Translations under genes and position numbers: made by a program
The notes under the pieces: model-generated
Seen by the model: only the letters and a program-made list of their open reading frames with translations
Databases searched by the model: none
Told to the model about the DNA's origin: nothing
Assembly (NCBI GenBank): GCA_036785375.1
Contig: JAWMAR010000558.1
Span: forward strand, 806,001-870,000
Length of the DNA: 64,000 nt
Origin: Leucoraja ocellata
Lineage: Eukaryota
Direction: 5' to 3'
Part shown: positions 12,951-25,960 of the stretch, piece after piece
How the letters are laid out: each line of letters opens with the position of its first letter
Position numbering within the stretch: position 1 is the stretch's first letter

Positions 12951-15900
12951 AATCCTTAACTATGTTTGTTTTATGCTCCCAAAACAGAGAAAAATAAGGC
13001 CTTTTCAAGATTTGGATGCAATCTAGATGTGAAAATGATCTTGAGCTAGAAGAGGTAGCAAACAATATAAATTGAAACAGTGCTGGTTTAATATAGACAA
13101 ATGTAAACTAAGGACAGGTAAAATTCAAATTATTAGTGTTTGCGATCCTTGAGATGTGTCAAGATTACAAAAGAGGAAACTAAAAAAGATCTAAAGTTCT
13201 TTGTGAACTTGACACTCAAATGTGCAAGTACTTCAGAGCAGCAATCAACAAAACAAATAAAACAAAAGCTGGAAATACTCTGCATTTCCTGATCTTGATT
13301 CAGATTTCCAGCAGTATGTATAAAATTAAATGCCAAATGGTGCCGGTGCTGCAACTCTGACATAAACACAAATGCTGGAGAGGTTCAGCAGGTCAGGCGG
13401 CATCTGTAGAGATTTAACATTTCAGCTCAATGACCATCAATCAGGAATGATGTAATGTTTGAAACAAATGTAGTAGCAAGTCTGGGGTGAAACTGTATAT
13501 CATACCAGTTAGAGCATGTTTTCAGCACAGTAAAATATTGGGAAATTTCCAGCAATCAGCTGCAGCCTATTCTCCAATGTCTGAGTCCTGGAGAAAAGGG
13601 AAAGATCTGGGATCTATGGTAATAAATCCAGGAAATTAAGACTGGGCCATGGAACGTATGGTTAAACCCAGACAAATTACTTTGAAGAAAAATTACAGAG
13701 TCCTGACCTAAAATGTCCAGGGCTCTTCTTTGACGTATCCAACATCAGTGTCCTAGGGATTAGTCTTTTTGTGTCCATAAAATTAATGCGTTTCTTGTTT
13801 CTTGGAGGCAAAAGACTGTGTTAAATATGTGACCTGATGATACACTATAATGGAGCCATGCTACACAGAAACAGGTCTGCTGCATCTACACAAGCCATCA
13901 CAAGTTCCAATCTGCATTCAGTATTGTATTTCAATTTATCCTCTCTCATTCCATTAAACATCTTCCACCTCACCGATTCTCCTGCCATGCACCTGCATTC
14001 AGGCCAAATTACAGTTACAATCAACTTCCCAGTTGGCACTTCCTTGGTATGTTGGTAGAAGCCAAGTGCAGGATACCCCCATGGTAATGTGTGAGTACAT
14101 CTCCAACCAGCCATTTAGTTTGTTTGCCACTCTCCATTGGCAACACAACATTTTCTTACAATAACTGAACCTCATTTATCTCCTTTTGTGTCATTATTTA
14201 AAAAAACATTCAGCCTGGCTTTGAGGCGGACGAAAGTGGGAACAATCAATGATTTAAGAAATAAATTGAAGAGCCAATTGAGGGAAGTAAACTCCCAGGG
14301 TTACATGGAAAGAACCGGGAATGGAATTGACTGTTTGGTTTTCCATAGAGTTAAAACATGATTAGCTGGGTGTTGATTTTGTGTGATGTCAGGACTCGAT
14401 AGAATCTGCTTACATTAAGTTTCATTTGTAATTGTTTAATTAATTTAAAACCTTAAAATTCAAATTTCTTTTTTGTGAGCACTGTTAATTTGTTAATTTG
14501 ACAATCTTATTGGTTCGTAAATCATGGGCTTTCATGGAAATTATTTTACTTATCACAGTGCCCATGCACCTTGCTGAGAAATACATTTAAAGCTTCTAGG
14601 CTGAATATGACAGGTCATCCACAGCATTGTACTGTGTTAAATTGATTCTGCCCTCTCTCTGTTCATTCAGTGATTCCTGAGCTGCCTCGTATCATTCCAC
14701 TGGCCTACCTAGTTTGCTGTAATCTGCAAATTAGTTTATGCAATGGTTTTTCTCTTTAATTACGTCTGAATTGGGGAACATTGGAAATGTTTTAACTTGC
14801 ACTCCATTTTTGATCATCCGTCATTCTCAACATAGCCTTTGTATGGAAAGTTTTAGCTCTCAAGAGGGTCTCTCACTGATTTGATTCCTGACATTTGCAG
14901 TCTCTTTAAATCGTAGGTTCTCACTGTCAACCAAGTTTCAAGGAGAGAGAAATAGTGTCCTTGCATTCACCCAAGGTTTTTTTTGCTTTTCTCAAGCAAA
15001 ATTTCAACAAAATCCTTCACCACATTGTATGGGGTTCCTGAAATATAAATGTTATTGTGCTCCATGGACCCCACTCTACATCTCCATTCACTATGAAGTT
15101 GCTGTTTGCCATGTCTTTATTCATTCCCAGAATTTACTCTGAATTTTTAGTTTTGAAACTTAAGTTTTACAAGGAACTTTCCCATTGTCCTCTTTGAGGT
15201 CAAACCAGGCTTACGCCAATGTACTAAGAATGTGATTTTCTCAAACCGTAAAGAAAATCATATTAAGAGGTCTCTCACCTGAATTCTTGTTGATATCAGA
15301 TATTTATCTGATGGGTAGGATCTGCAACAACTCTTCAGTGCTGTGCTTTGGGCAAAAGTTGATATTTTATATAAATAAGTATTTTGTGCAAGAATTCGGT
15401 TAATTCCGAAAAATGATCGACCCTATCAAACTGTGGTTGAAACTCCTGAATAAATTTGGAAAATAATAAATATTGGATTAGTTGCATGAGATGACAACCC
15501 ATTTGGCCAGATTTGGTATTGGCATGAATTTGAACATTGTGTCGTCCTGTTTAAATATTTAAAAACACTGTGTTCTTGGGCCATCTGTATTATTTATAGT
15601 TCATTTGAAAGTTTGGAATTTTTAATTTTATAAAAATGCTTTAATATTCAGCTGTTTACTCAGATTTTCTGCATTAGGTATTCCTCAGAAATGGAGAGCA
15701 AAATCAAAAATCATACTCTGGTATCATTTTTAATGTTGAAATCTTCCTTGCCTAATTCTGTTTCAATATTTAGAATAACATCACGAGAACACAAGTGAGA
15801 ATTTTAATTACCCAAGCCCAATCTGTCATTTAATATTTGATCTATGACATGAGTTTTCAGGCTGTTTTACATATTATTTATTATGTTGTGTTTAAATATT

Positions 15901-16085
15901 TAAAACTGCCAGAGCAGCAAGCGGGGTCCAAATTTCCACCATCCCCAAGGTGTAGAATTATAGACTGTTTTTCCTGGATCATAACTTCTAAGTTTCAGTC
16001 TGCATAATCCCTCATTGTAATTTAACTGATATAATTCTGATAAATTGATGCCCCATTTAAGGCCAATGATCATTCGATTGATGTA

Positions 16086-16340
16086 CTTCGGCCCACCGAG
16101 TCCGCCTCGACCAGCGATCCCCGCACATTAACACTATCCTACACACACTTGGGACAATTTACATTTATACCAAACCTACAATCCTTTGGAATGTGGGAGG
16201 AAATCGAAGATCTCTGAGAAAACCCACGCAGTCACGGGGAGGACGTACAAACTCCGTAAAGACAGTCCCCGTAGTCAGGATTGTACCCAGATCTCTGGTG
16301 CTGTAAGCACCGTGAAGCAGCAACTGGACCTGTGCCGCCC
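16086..16340 (-). mobile_element. tRNA-derived V-SINE (HE1-like)
   Basis: Reverse complement starts gggcggcacag, with a degenerate B box, a V-domain (tttgtacgtcctccccgtgactgcgtgggttttctc) and a CR1-like tail. Confidence 0.8.
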
Positions 16341-16373
16341 TTATAATGCAGGTGGTGACTCAGCCAGAGTGAT

Positions 16374-17873
16374 AACCATATAACCATATAACAATTACAG
16401 CACGGAAACAGGCCATCTCGGCCCTACAAGTCCGTGCCGAACAATTTTTTTTTCCCCTTAGTCCCACCTGCCTGCACTCATACCATAACCCTCCATTCCC
16501 TTCTCATCCATATGCCTATCCAATTTATTTTTAAATGATACCAATGAACCTGCCTCCACCACTTCCACTGGAAGCTCATTCCACACTGCTACCACTCTCT
16601 GAGTAAAGAAGTTCCCCCTCATATTACCCCTAAACTTCTGTCCCTTAATTCTGAAGTCATGTCCTCTTGTTTGAATCTTCCCTATTCTCAAAGGGAAAAG
16701 CTTGTCCACATCAACTCTGTCTATCCCTCTCATCATTTTAAAGACCTCTATCAGGTCCCCCCTTAACCTTCTATGCTCCAGAGAATAAAGACCTAACTTA
16801 TTCAACCTATCTCTGTAACTTAGTTGTTGAAACCCAGGCAACATTCTAGTAAATCTCCTCTGTACTCTCTCTATTTTGTTGACATCTTTCCTATAATTGG
16901 GCGACCAAAATTGTACACCATACTCCAGATTTGGTCTCACCAATGCCTTGTACAATTTTAACATTACATCCCAGCTTCTATACTCAATGCTCTGATTTAT
17001 AAAGGCTAGCATACCAAAAGCTTTCTTTACCACCCTATCTATATGAGATTCCACCTTCAAGGAACTATGCACGGTTATACCCAGATCCCTCTGTTCAACT
17101 GTATTCTTCAATTCCCTACCATTTACCATGTAGGTCCTATTTTGATTTGTCCTGCCAAGGTGTAGCACCTCACATTTATCAGCATTAAACTCCATCTGCC
17201 ATCTTTCAGCCCATTTTTCCAAATGGCCTAAATCACTCTGTAGACTTTGGAAATACTCTTCATTATCCACAACACCCCCTATCTTGGTATCATCTGCATA
17301 CTTACTAATCCAATTTACCACACCTTCATCCAGATCATTGATGTACATGACAAACAACAAAGGACCCAACACAGATCCCTGAGGCACCCCACTAGTCACC
17401 TGCCTCCAACCCGATAAACAGCCATCCACCATTACCCTCTGGCTTCTCCCATTCAGCCACTGTTGAATCCATCTTGCTATTCCTGCATTTATACCCAACA
17501 CTTGAACTTTCTTAACCAACCTTCCATGAGGAACCTTGTCAAAGGCCTTACTAAAGTCCATATAGACAACATCCACTGCTTTACCCTCGTCAATTTCCCT
17601 AGTAACCTCTTCAAAAAATTCAAGAAGATTAGTCAAACATGACCTTCCAGGCACAAATCCATGTTGACTGTTCCTAATCAGACCCTGTTTATCTAGATGC
17701 TTATATATATTATCTCTAAGTATCTTTTCCATTAATTTGCCCACCACTGAAGTCAAACTAACAGGTCTATAATTGCTAGGTTTACTCTTAGAACCCTTTT
17801 TAAACAATGGAACAACATGCGCAGTACGCCAATCCTCGGGGACTATTCCCGTTTCTAATGACATTTGAAATAT
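16374..17873 (-). mobile_element. Young 5'-truncated CR1 LINE with uninterrupted RT/C-terminal ORF2 frame
   Basis: ORF 16458-17909 has [26 protein letters not shown] and YADD with no stops; (TTATATGG)n tail; candidate TSD gtgat at 16369-16373 and 17890-17894. Confidence 0.95.
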
Positions 17874-18289
17874 TCCTCTTTCAAAATTTGTGATGTACTC
17901 CTCTTTCAAAATTTATAACAATTTTTTGCTGTGAAGAAATGAAGTGTGATCGCCTTTAACCTTTGCCTGCCCATGAACTTATAGGCATATTTGCACTTAG
18001 CTTGCAGTAATTCATGCTTTGGCATGTTGAAGTGGAGGCTCCAATATTAACCCTTAGGTGAGACCCAAAGTATTTCCTGGATTTCCTCCAGTAGCTCTTG
18101 CCTCTATTCAGATCATGGTGCAAGCACATTGGGGTGAACATGTCCCATGCAATTGATTTGGAGACATTAGGATACTTGCTTTTCTTAGCTAGGACACAGA
18201 TTTGTTCAGCTTTGTTCACACTGCAATAAGAAATATGTCATTAAGCTGACAACAGTATACAGATTTGCAAGAATGTCGACAGGACTCAA

Positions 18290-19260
18290 CATAGAAACAT
18301 AGAATCATAGAAAATAGGTGCAGGATTAGGCCATTCGGCCCTTCGAGCACCGCCATTCAATATGATCATGGCTGATCTTCCAACTCAGTATCCTGTACCT
18401 GCCTTCTCTCCATACCCCCTGATCCCTTTAGCCACAAGGGCCACATCTAACTCCCTCTTAAATATAGCCAATGAACTGGCCTCAACTACCTTCTGTGGCA
18501 GAGAATTCCACAGATTCACCACTCTCTGTGAAATTTTTTTTTCTCATCTCGGTCCTAAAGGGCCTGAGCTGTCTGTGAAACCACCTATTTGTGTGTAATC
18601 TCTGAATGTATTAATCATGTCTTGCACATTCGCATCCACATCATTGATATAACGCACAAACAGCAATGGGCTCGGCGCCAATCCCTGAGGCACACCACTC
18701 ACGACTGTCCTCCTGTATAAAATGATCCTTCTACCACCACCCTCTGTTTCCTACCGTGAAGCCAATTCTGTATCCAGTTAGCTATCCCTGGATACCTTGC
18801 GATCTAACCTTCCAGAACAACCTACCATGCGGAACATTACAAGTCTTCCTGAAAGCCCAGATAGACTACGTCTACGGACTTGGCCTCATCAATCTTCATG
18901 ATTACTTCCTAAAATCAATCAAATTCGCAGACTCGACCTCCTGTGTAGAAAAGCATGCTGATTATCCCTAATCAATCTCTGTCTTTCCAAATGCATGTAT
19001 ATATAATGCCTCTGAATCCTCTCCAGTAACTTGCCTAACACAGATGTTAGGCTTACTGGCCTTTAGTTTCTAGGTTTTTCTTTGCAGCCCTTCTTAAGCA
19101 GAGGCATAACATTATCTACCTTCCAGTCTTTTGGCACCTCGCCATAGCCAGGATGTCGACAATTTATTTTCCAGTTTATCAATATGTCCACTGATCGAGC
19201 CCGAGAGATTTATCTACCTTCCTCCATTTTAGTGCAACCAAGGCCTCCTTGCTTGCAGTA
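18290..19260 (-). mobile_element. Two CR1 fragments (young 3' end plus older RT fragment)
   Basis: catagaaa tail, inverted match to 40530-40790; degenerate GVPQG region near 18680. Confidence 0.75.
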
Positions 19261-19526
19261 TATACTGTCCTCAAGACATCACCATTAACGTTCCCAGGTT
19301 TTAATGTACTTTGTGTATCTTTGTGTATTTCTCAAAAATTGTCCTGCCTGAGGTCATTTGCGGCTGACCCTGATTAGTCCTGGTCTTTTCTCGGCTCCAG
19401 CTCTTCAATTTGCCAGTTGAATTGGTAGTAAGGAAGGCAAATGCAATGCTAGCATTTATTTCAAGAGGAGTAGAATACAAAAGCAGGGCTCTAATGCTGA
19501 GGCTCAGGCCGCATTTGGAGTATTGT

Positions 19527-20335
19527 CCACGTTTTTATTATTTTTTGTCTGTGTTTCTGTGTAGTTTTTGTTATTTTATGTTGGGGTGTGTGTGTGGAGG
19601 GGTGGGGGTGGGGGGGGAGGGGGGGGGAAACTTTTTGAATCTCTCCCTGCACTGAGACCCGACCTTTTCTCGTCGGGTCTCAGTCGTCGTTGAGGCCGTA
19701 ACGAGGAGCGGCCTCCAACAGGAAGAGACCGGGGACTCAGGTGTCGACTCACCTCACCGTCGCGGAGCTGGCCGGGTCCGGAGCGGTGGAGGAGCGCTGC
19801 TGCTGCTGATGCTGTTGCTGCTGCTGCTGATGCTGTTGCTGCTGCTGCTGCTGCTGCCGGAGAGTCGGAGGCTCTCTACGGGTCTGTGGACGACGGCGCC
19901 GGGCCCGCGGATCCCTGGAGAGAGACCGCTTTTCGGGGCTTCTGCGGCGGCGACTTCTCCCGCCCGAGTTGCGGGGTCGAAGAGCTCCTGGAGCGGGGCC
20001 TAGCACCGCTGCCCCGCGCGGCTGGAATGGCCGCGGACTCTGCGAGCGCACACCGGGGGCACCAACACCAAGACCCGGTGTGCGACCTCGCACCACCCGG
20101 CGTGGCTTTAATGGCTGCGGGACAATCGCCATCGCCAGCCGGGGGGGGGGAGAGTGCAGTGGAGAGATACGTTTATTTGGCCTCCATCACAGTTATGTGA
20201 TGGATGTTTATGTTAAATGTAATTATGTTGTGTCTGGGGTCTATTTGTGTGTTATGTATGGCTGCAGAAACGGCATTTCGTTTGGACCTCCAGGGGTCCA
20301 AATGACAAATAAATTGATTCTGATTCTGATTCTGA
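19527..20335 (+). mobile_element. CpG-rich SINE-like element, copy C, with 6-bp TSD
   Basis: TSD tattgt at 19521-19526 and 20336-20341; (attctg)n tail; homologous to 6245-7067. Confidence 0.8.
19796..19857. repeat. Interrupted (CTG)n trinucleotide repeat
   Basis: About 20 triplets with ATG/TTG interruptions. Confidence 0.95.
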
Positions 20336-21544
20336 TATTGTGAGCAATTTTGAGCCCCATATCTGAGGAAGGATGTTCTGGTTCTGGAGGAGGTTTACAA
20401 GAATTACCCCAGGAATGAGTGGGTTTACATATGATGAGCACTGGGACTCTACTCACTGGAGTTTAGAAAGATGATTGGGGACCTCATTGAAACTTACCGA
20501 ATAGTGAAAGGCCTGGATAGAACGCATGTGGAGAGGATGTTTCCACTGGTGGGAGAGTCTAAGACCAGGGGTCATAGCCTCAGAATTAAAATACATTCCT
20601 TTTGGAAGGAGTTGAGGAAGAATTTATTTTGTCAGAGGGTAGTGAATCTGGAATTAATTGCTACAGAAAGCTGTGGAAACAAAGTCAATGGATTAGTAAA
20701 TGGGTGTCAATGTTTATGGGGAGAAGGCAGGAGAATGGGGTTGAGGGAGAGATAGATCAGCCATGATTGAATGGCACAGTAGACTTGATGGCCAGAATGG
20801 TCTAATTCTGCTCCTATCACTTATGACCTTGTGAGCTTATGACCTGCAACCTGGAACATTAAGATGCCAGTGCTGTCCCACACTTAGCCATGTTTCTGTT
20901 ATGGCTGTAGTGCCTTGGTCGCATGTACTTATCAACACCATGAGTTCATCCACCTTACCTGTCAGACCTTTTGCAATGAAATCTAAAAGTAATGTAATCC
21001 CTTTTCCTCTTTTCTCATCGCAGTTAGACTTTGTAAACTCAAGTCACAGCAAACCATTAATAAATCATGATTCCCTTAAAAATCTGATGTCTTCACAGTA
21101 GCACTGAATAATTTATTATTTTCTCTTCCATTCATTATTCTAAGGCGTGGTTGTAAGAGGGAAAAGAAACACTGTGCAGTGTTTGCTTTGTTCATCAGCA
21201 AGAAAGTCATGGAAGAAGAACAAATTTACAACCAACACAATGGAAGGCTCACGGAATTTTGTTGGCAAGAAATGCCCTACAAATATTGGGAAATCCTCGA
21301 GAGAAAACCGAGGAAGGCAGAAAGCAGGGAATCATAACATAGCAGAGTAAAGTGCAGATGCATATTTAGCATCACGAACATAGACCCAAAAATCTGAAGT
21401 AACTCAGCAGGTCAGGCAGCATCTCTGGAGAAAAGGAATAGGTGACATTTCCGGTTGAGACCCTTCTTCAGATTGTCAGTCACGGGAGATGGAAACAAAA
21501 TATATCGATGGTGATTATAGAGAGATATAGAACAAATTAATGAA

Positions 21545-22795
21545 AGCAAGGCTTTTGACAAGGTCCCACATGGTAGTAGACCAGTCAGGATAATTTGGTC
21601 ACATGAAAGCCAAGGTGGTCTGGCCAATTGGATTCAAAATCAGCTTGAGAAAGGGGCCAATGGTACTGTGGAGGGTTGTTTTACTGATTGGTGGGCTGTG
21701 GCCAGTGGAGTTCCACAGGGGTTAGTTTTAGGTCCGCTGCTGTTTGTTATCAACATTAACAATTTGAATGGCAATGTTGTTAACCTTGTTAGTAAGTTCA
21801 CAGATGACAACAAAATAGGTGCTATACTTCAAAAACTTTGCAATATGAAGTATATTGTAATCCGTGTACATCATTATATAAAAACAAACACACCGGTGAG
21901 GTAGAGACGAGGTAACTGCATCACATAGTGAAGAAGATATCTAAGTTTACAACAACATCATACTTATTTGGGAAGGTTGCCAAGGAATGAAAGATGGAAT
22001 TTAACTCTGACAAGGTGTTGCACTTTGATATATCCAACCAGGGCTGGACTTGTCTAGTACATTATAGAGCCTTAGAGAGTGTTGTAGAACAGAAAGATCT
22101 GGGAGTACAGGAATATGGTTCCTAATGCCCCTGTCCCACTTAGGAAACCTGAACGGAAACCTCTGGAGACTTTGCGCCCCACCCAAGGTTACCGTGCAGT
22201 TCCCGGAGGTTTATGTCAGTCTCTCTACCTGCTACCACTACCTGCAACCTCCGGCAACCACCTGCAACCTCCGGCAACCACCTGCAACCTCCGGGAACCG
22301 CACGGAAACCTTGGGTGGGGCGCAAAGTCTCCAGAGGTTTCTGTTCAGGTTTCCTAAGTAGGACAGGGGCATAAAGGTGTTGAGCCAGGTGGACAATGTG
22401 GTAAAGAAGGGGATTGGCACACTGGCCTTCACAGGGAAGAATAGTGAGGGCAAAAACAGGACATCATGATGCAGCTGCACATGTCATTGGTGAAACCACA
22501 CTTAGAGTGTGGTCCAAAGGTCTATTTCTGTGCTGCGCATCTCTATCACACTTCAAATTAAAACTCTCTCTCTCTTTCCCATTGCCGATGAACAGCCTCT
22601 GTTGTTTTTACACAGAGTGGTGTGTGTCTGGAATGTGTTGCTGGGGTTGGTGATAAGGCAGATACAATCGTGTTTAACATAGGCACATGGAAATGCAAGG
22701 GATGGTGGGATAGGAATCGTGTACAGGCTGAGGTGTTTAACTTGCCATTATGTTCAGCATAGACATTGTGTTGCGAAGGGTCTATTTCTGTGCCG
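21545..22795 (+). mobile_element. Old fragmented CR1 LINE
   Basis: [24 protein letters not shown] and SKFTDDNKIG remnants. Confidence 0.8.
22126..22371. mobile_element. PIF/Harbinger-type MITE
   Basis: ~100-bp near-perfect TIRs (tgcccctgtcccacttagg...cctaagtaggacaggggca); TAA TSD at 22123-22125 and 22372-22374. Confidence 0.9.
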
Positions 22796-23095
22796 GACGG
22801 CACAGTGGCACGCTGATAGACTTATCGCCTTACAGCGCAAGAGACCCAGGTTTGATCCTGACTAAGGGTACTGTTTGTATGGAATTTATATGCTCTCCCT
22901 GTCACTGCATGTATTTTCTTCATGTGTTCCGATTTACTCCAAAGATGTACAGATTTGTAGGTCAATTAGGCTTCGGTAACAAATGTACATTGTCCCTAGT
23001 GTGCAGGATAGTGCTGAAGTATGGGTGATTGCTGGTCGGCGTGGAATCGGTGGGCTGAAGGGCCTGTTTCTGCACTGCATCTCTAAAATCTAAAG
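22795..23095 (+). mobile_element. tRNA-derived V-SINE (HE1-like)
   Basis: ggacggcacagtggc (A box), ggtttgatcc (B box), V-domain and gggctgaagggcctgtttc tail. Confidence 0.8.
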
Positions 23096-23434
23096 TAAAG
23101 TCTTAATAAATGCTTATATATATGTATTGTTGGTAAAGCTCAATAGACACCACATACCACCTCACATCTTCTGATAACCTTACATTTAAAGGTTGTGGCT
23201 GAAACAATGAAAGGTAAATGTCATCATTTTGTAATGGGGCAATATTGTTTTCAAAGTTAACTTCCATCTTTAGAATTTAATTGGAATAATTAAAATTGTG
23301 ATTATGCTTATTTCTACGATTAATTTAATGCCTATCCCGAACACAACACCTACCTGCCTAACATTACCAGGTAGTTTGGCATTTTTACATGTTAGTGAAT
23401 GTGGTACCAACTTTGTTTTTGTTTCTTCTTGCAG

Positions 23435-23545
23435 CCGGATCCTGCTGGAAGAGATTTTGCAATTCGCCCATTGCTGGAACACTGTGAAAATACCAACATG
23501 AGTATCTGGCTGGGCATTGTATATGCATATAAAGGGCTGCTTATG
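23435..23545 (+). CDS. GABBR2: GABA-B receptor subunit 2, internal exon (human exon 14 equivalent; ECL2/TM5)
   Basis: ttcttcttgcag acceptor; encodes [37 protein letters not shown]; gtatga donor; 111 nt, phase 0/0. Confidence 0.97.
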
Positions 23546-23569
23546 GTATGAACACCATTGCTTATAATT

Positions 23570-23870
23570 TCAAGTTCAAATTCACATTTATTGTCACATG
23601 CAACAATTGGTACAGTGATATTTGAGTTACCATACAGCCATACAAATAAAAAGAATACAACACACAATAGAATTTAACATAAACATCTACCACAGTGGAA
23701 TCAACATTTCTCACTGTGATGGAAGGCAATAAAGTTCAGTCAATCTTCTTCCTTTTGTTCACCCGTGGTCAGGGCCTGGAACCCTCCACAGTTGCTGCTA
23801 CAGGATGTGCAGGCCCTTTCGCCGGGATGATTGAAACTCCGGCGTCGGAACGGTTCAAAACACACTTAGC
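23570..23870 (-). mobile_element. 3' fragment of the CpG-rich SINE-like family (copy E)
   Basis: Reverse complement has gccttccatcacagtg...gatgtttatgttaaa...tgacaataaa plus tail; lies ~25 nt downstream of the exon donor. Confidence 0.65.
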
Positions 23871-24716
23871 ATGGTTTTGAGAGAATCACGTTTATTGTAT
23901 TGTCCTATCAAAATACTACTTCCTATTTTCTTTGATGTTCCCCACAGTGTTCAAAATTATTTGTTCAGTTTATGTCAGAGCCATTGATCCTGCAGCTTTT
24001 CCTGGCACATGTACTTGGGTTAACCCAGCTGCGTATAACTGCAGTATTCTCCTCATTCCCCTATGCACTCTGAGCTATGATACTGCCGATACTATTCGAT
24101 ATCCCCACTGCCAGAAGTATATCACTGGTGTGTCCCTGGCAACTGCTTTCAGAATACCCAACAACTCCCCACCTTTGAAATTGGAGATGAATAACCAAAA
24201 GTGTTCTTCCTGTTGGAATCCCGCTCCAACAAAATTCACAATTTTGTCACCCACAGTCAGCCATAAAGGAGTTCAATTGAGAATTTGCTTTAATTGTCCA
24301 GAAGAACAACCGCTCATGTTCTATGTACTCCATAACACTGAATTTTCCCATTTCAAGTATCCCTTATTTCCTCCATTGCCTCCCCCCCTTCTCAACCTCC
24401 TTTCGCACTTTCCAATCCAGTCCTTTCATTCGTGTTCCATTTCCTGTTCCTCCCCTTCAACCTCCTTTACCATCATATCCCAGTTTCATTTATACCCCAC
24501 ACTCATTTCACCTACTGGATCCCCTCCCCCGCCAGGTTCCATCTGCCCTTTCTTATTTATTTCATTGCTTGTATATTTGTGTCCTCATTGATGTGTTCTC
24601 CATCGACTGTCTCCACCTTCACTCACCCCGCCTGGCTCCCTCTACCTCTACCTATTTCTGACAAGGTAGGCTTTCTAGCAGTATGATGAGAATAAGCACC
24701 AGGGTAGTCTGTTTCC

Positions 24717-24892
24717 ACTCCCCTCTCCCTCCTTCCCCTCTCTCCCCATCTCCCTCCCCTCTCTCCCTGTCCCTCCCCTCCCCCTGTCCCCTCCCCCTGT
24801 CCCCTCCCCCTGTCCCCTCTCCCTGTCCCTCCCCTCTCTCTGTTACTCTCCTCTCCCTCCATCCCCTCTCTCTCCCTCCCCTCTCCCCTCTC
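24717..24892. repeat. Polypyrimidine (CCCCT-like) tract
   Basis: Almost pure C/T with ccctgtccct units. Confidence 0.9.
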
Positions 24893-25612
24893 CAGATGTG
24901 TTGGGTGAGTAGGCAACAAGTTAGCAGGTGGGGTGTAATGTGGGGCAATGTGGCATAACCCAGTTTGGAAGGAAGGATGAAAAGGGTAAATTAATGAGAC
25001 TGCAATGTGTAGTTTATAGAAAGGAATCTGGGGGATCCAGTATATTTAAATTAGCTTGCAGGTTTAGTGAATAGAGAAGGTCATGGAATGTTGGCTCTTA
25101 TTGCAACGGAAATGGAGTATAAAAAGAGCGAACTTTTAATTTTTTTGGTGACACTGGTGAGACCGTACACAGAGTAAAATGTGGAATACTATTTGAGGAA
25201 GAAGTTTGTGCTTGCATTTTAGTCAGTGCAGAGTAGGTACAAACAACTGGAGATTGACAGACAATTTGAGCAACAAAGGAGTCAAGGGATATGAGGAGAG
25301 AGCAGACAAGTGGTGTTGAGGCCAAGATTATATCATCCATGACCTCACTGAATGGCATGAAAGCCTTGAGGGGCCAACTGGCCTATTCCGAATTTTTAAT
25401 GTTATTTGCTATTAAATCTTCTCTCATTCAAAATTATTTCTTTGTGTGCATGGTTATTATAGGGCGGCACTAAAACCTATCAAAATTAATGCATTTTCTG
25501 TTACTCTGTGGAGCTTCTATCCATTTAATTTAAATGAATTCACTCACTGTGTTAAATCAACAATTGAGCTAATAGTACAATCTGCAATTTCTAAAGTTTA
25601 TTTTAACATTGA

Positions 25613-25960
<348 letters not shown>

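Larger units (their letters stand above)
19410..20830 (+). mobile_element. CR1 LINE 3' fragment split by an insertion at 19527-20335
   Basis: VRKANAMLAFISRGVEYKS...LRPHLEYC resumes after the insert and continues to GDLIETYRIVKGLDR. Confidence 0.85.

Noticed and set aside
16458-17909. 483-aa ORF as a domesticated or host gene
   Set aside because: It is a 5'-truncated CR1 ORF2 with a LINE tail; the first residues come from flanking DNA and the endonuclease is missing
19749-20132. Polyglutamine protein on the minus strand
   Set aside because: Translation of a CTG repeat inside a TSD-flanked mobile element; no splice or homology support
22240-22295. Short direct repeats as a CRISPR array (also 46480-46545)
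   Set aside because: Eukaryotic context, no unique spacers, and internal to MITEs
22795-22870. tRNA gene
   Set aside because: A/B-box-like head of a V-SINE; no intact cloverleaf
1-23434. Upstream GABBR2 exon 13 (IIKDQKLL...DPLRR-like)
   Set aside because: Not found by eye in any forward frame; the region is probably one long intron with the exon outside the window, though a miss is possible
23932-24591. 219-aa ORF
   Set aside because: Starts at TTG, low complexity, no recognisable domain, and lies in a GABBR2 intron
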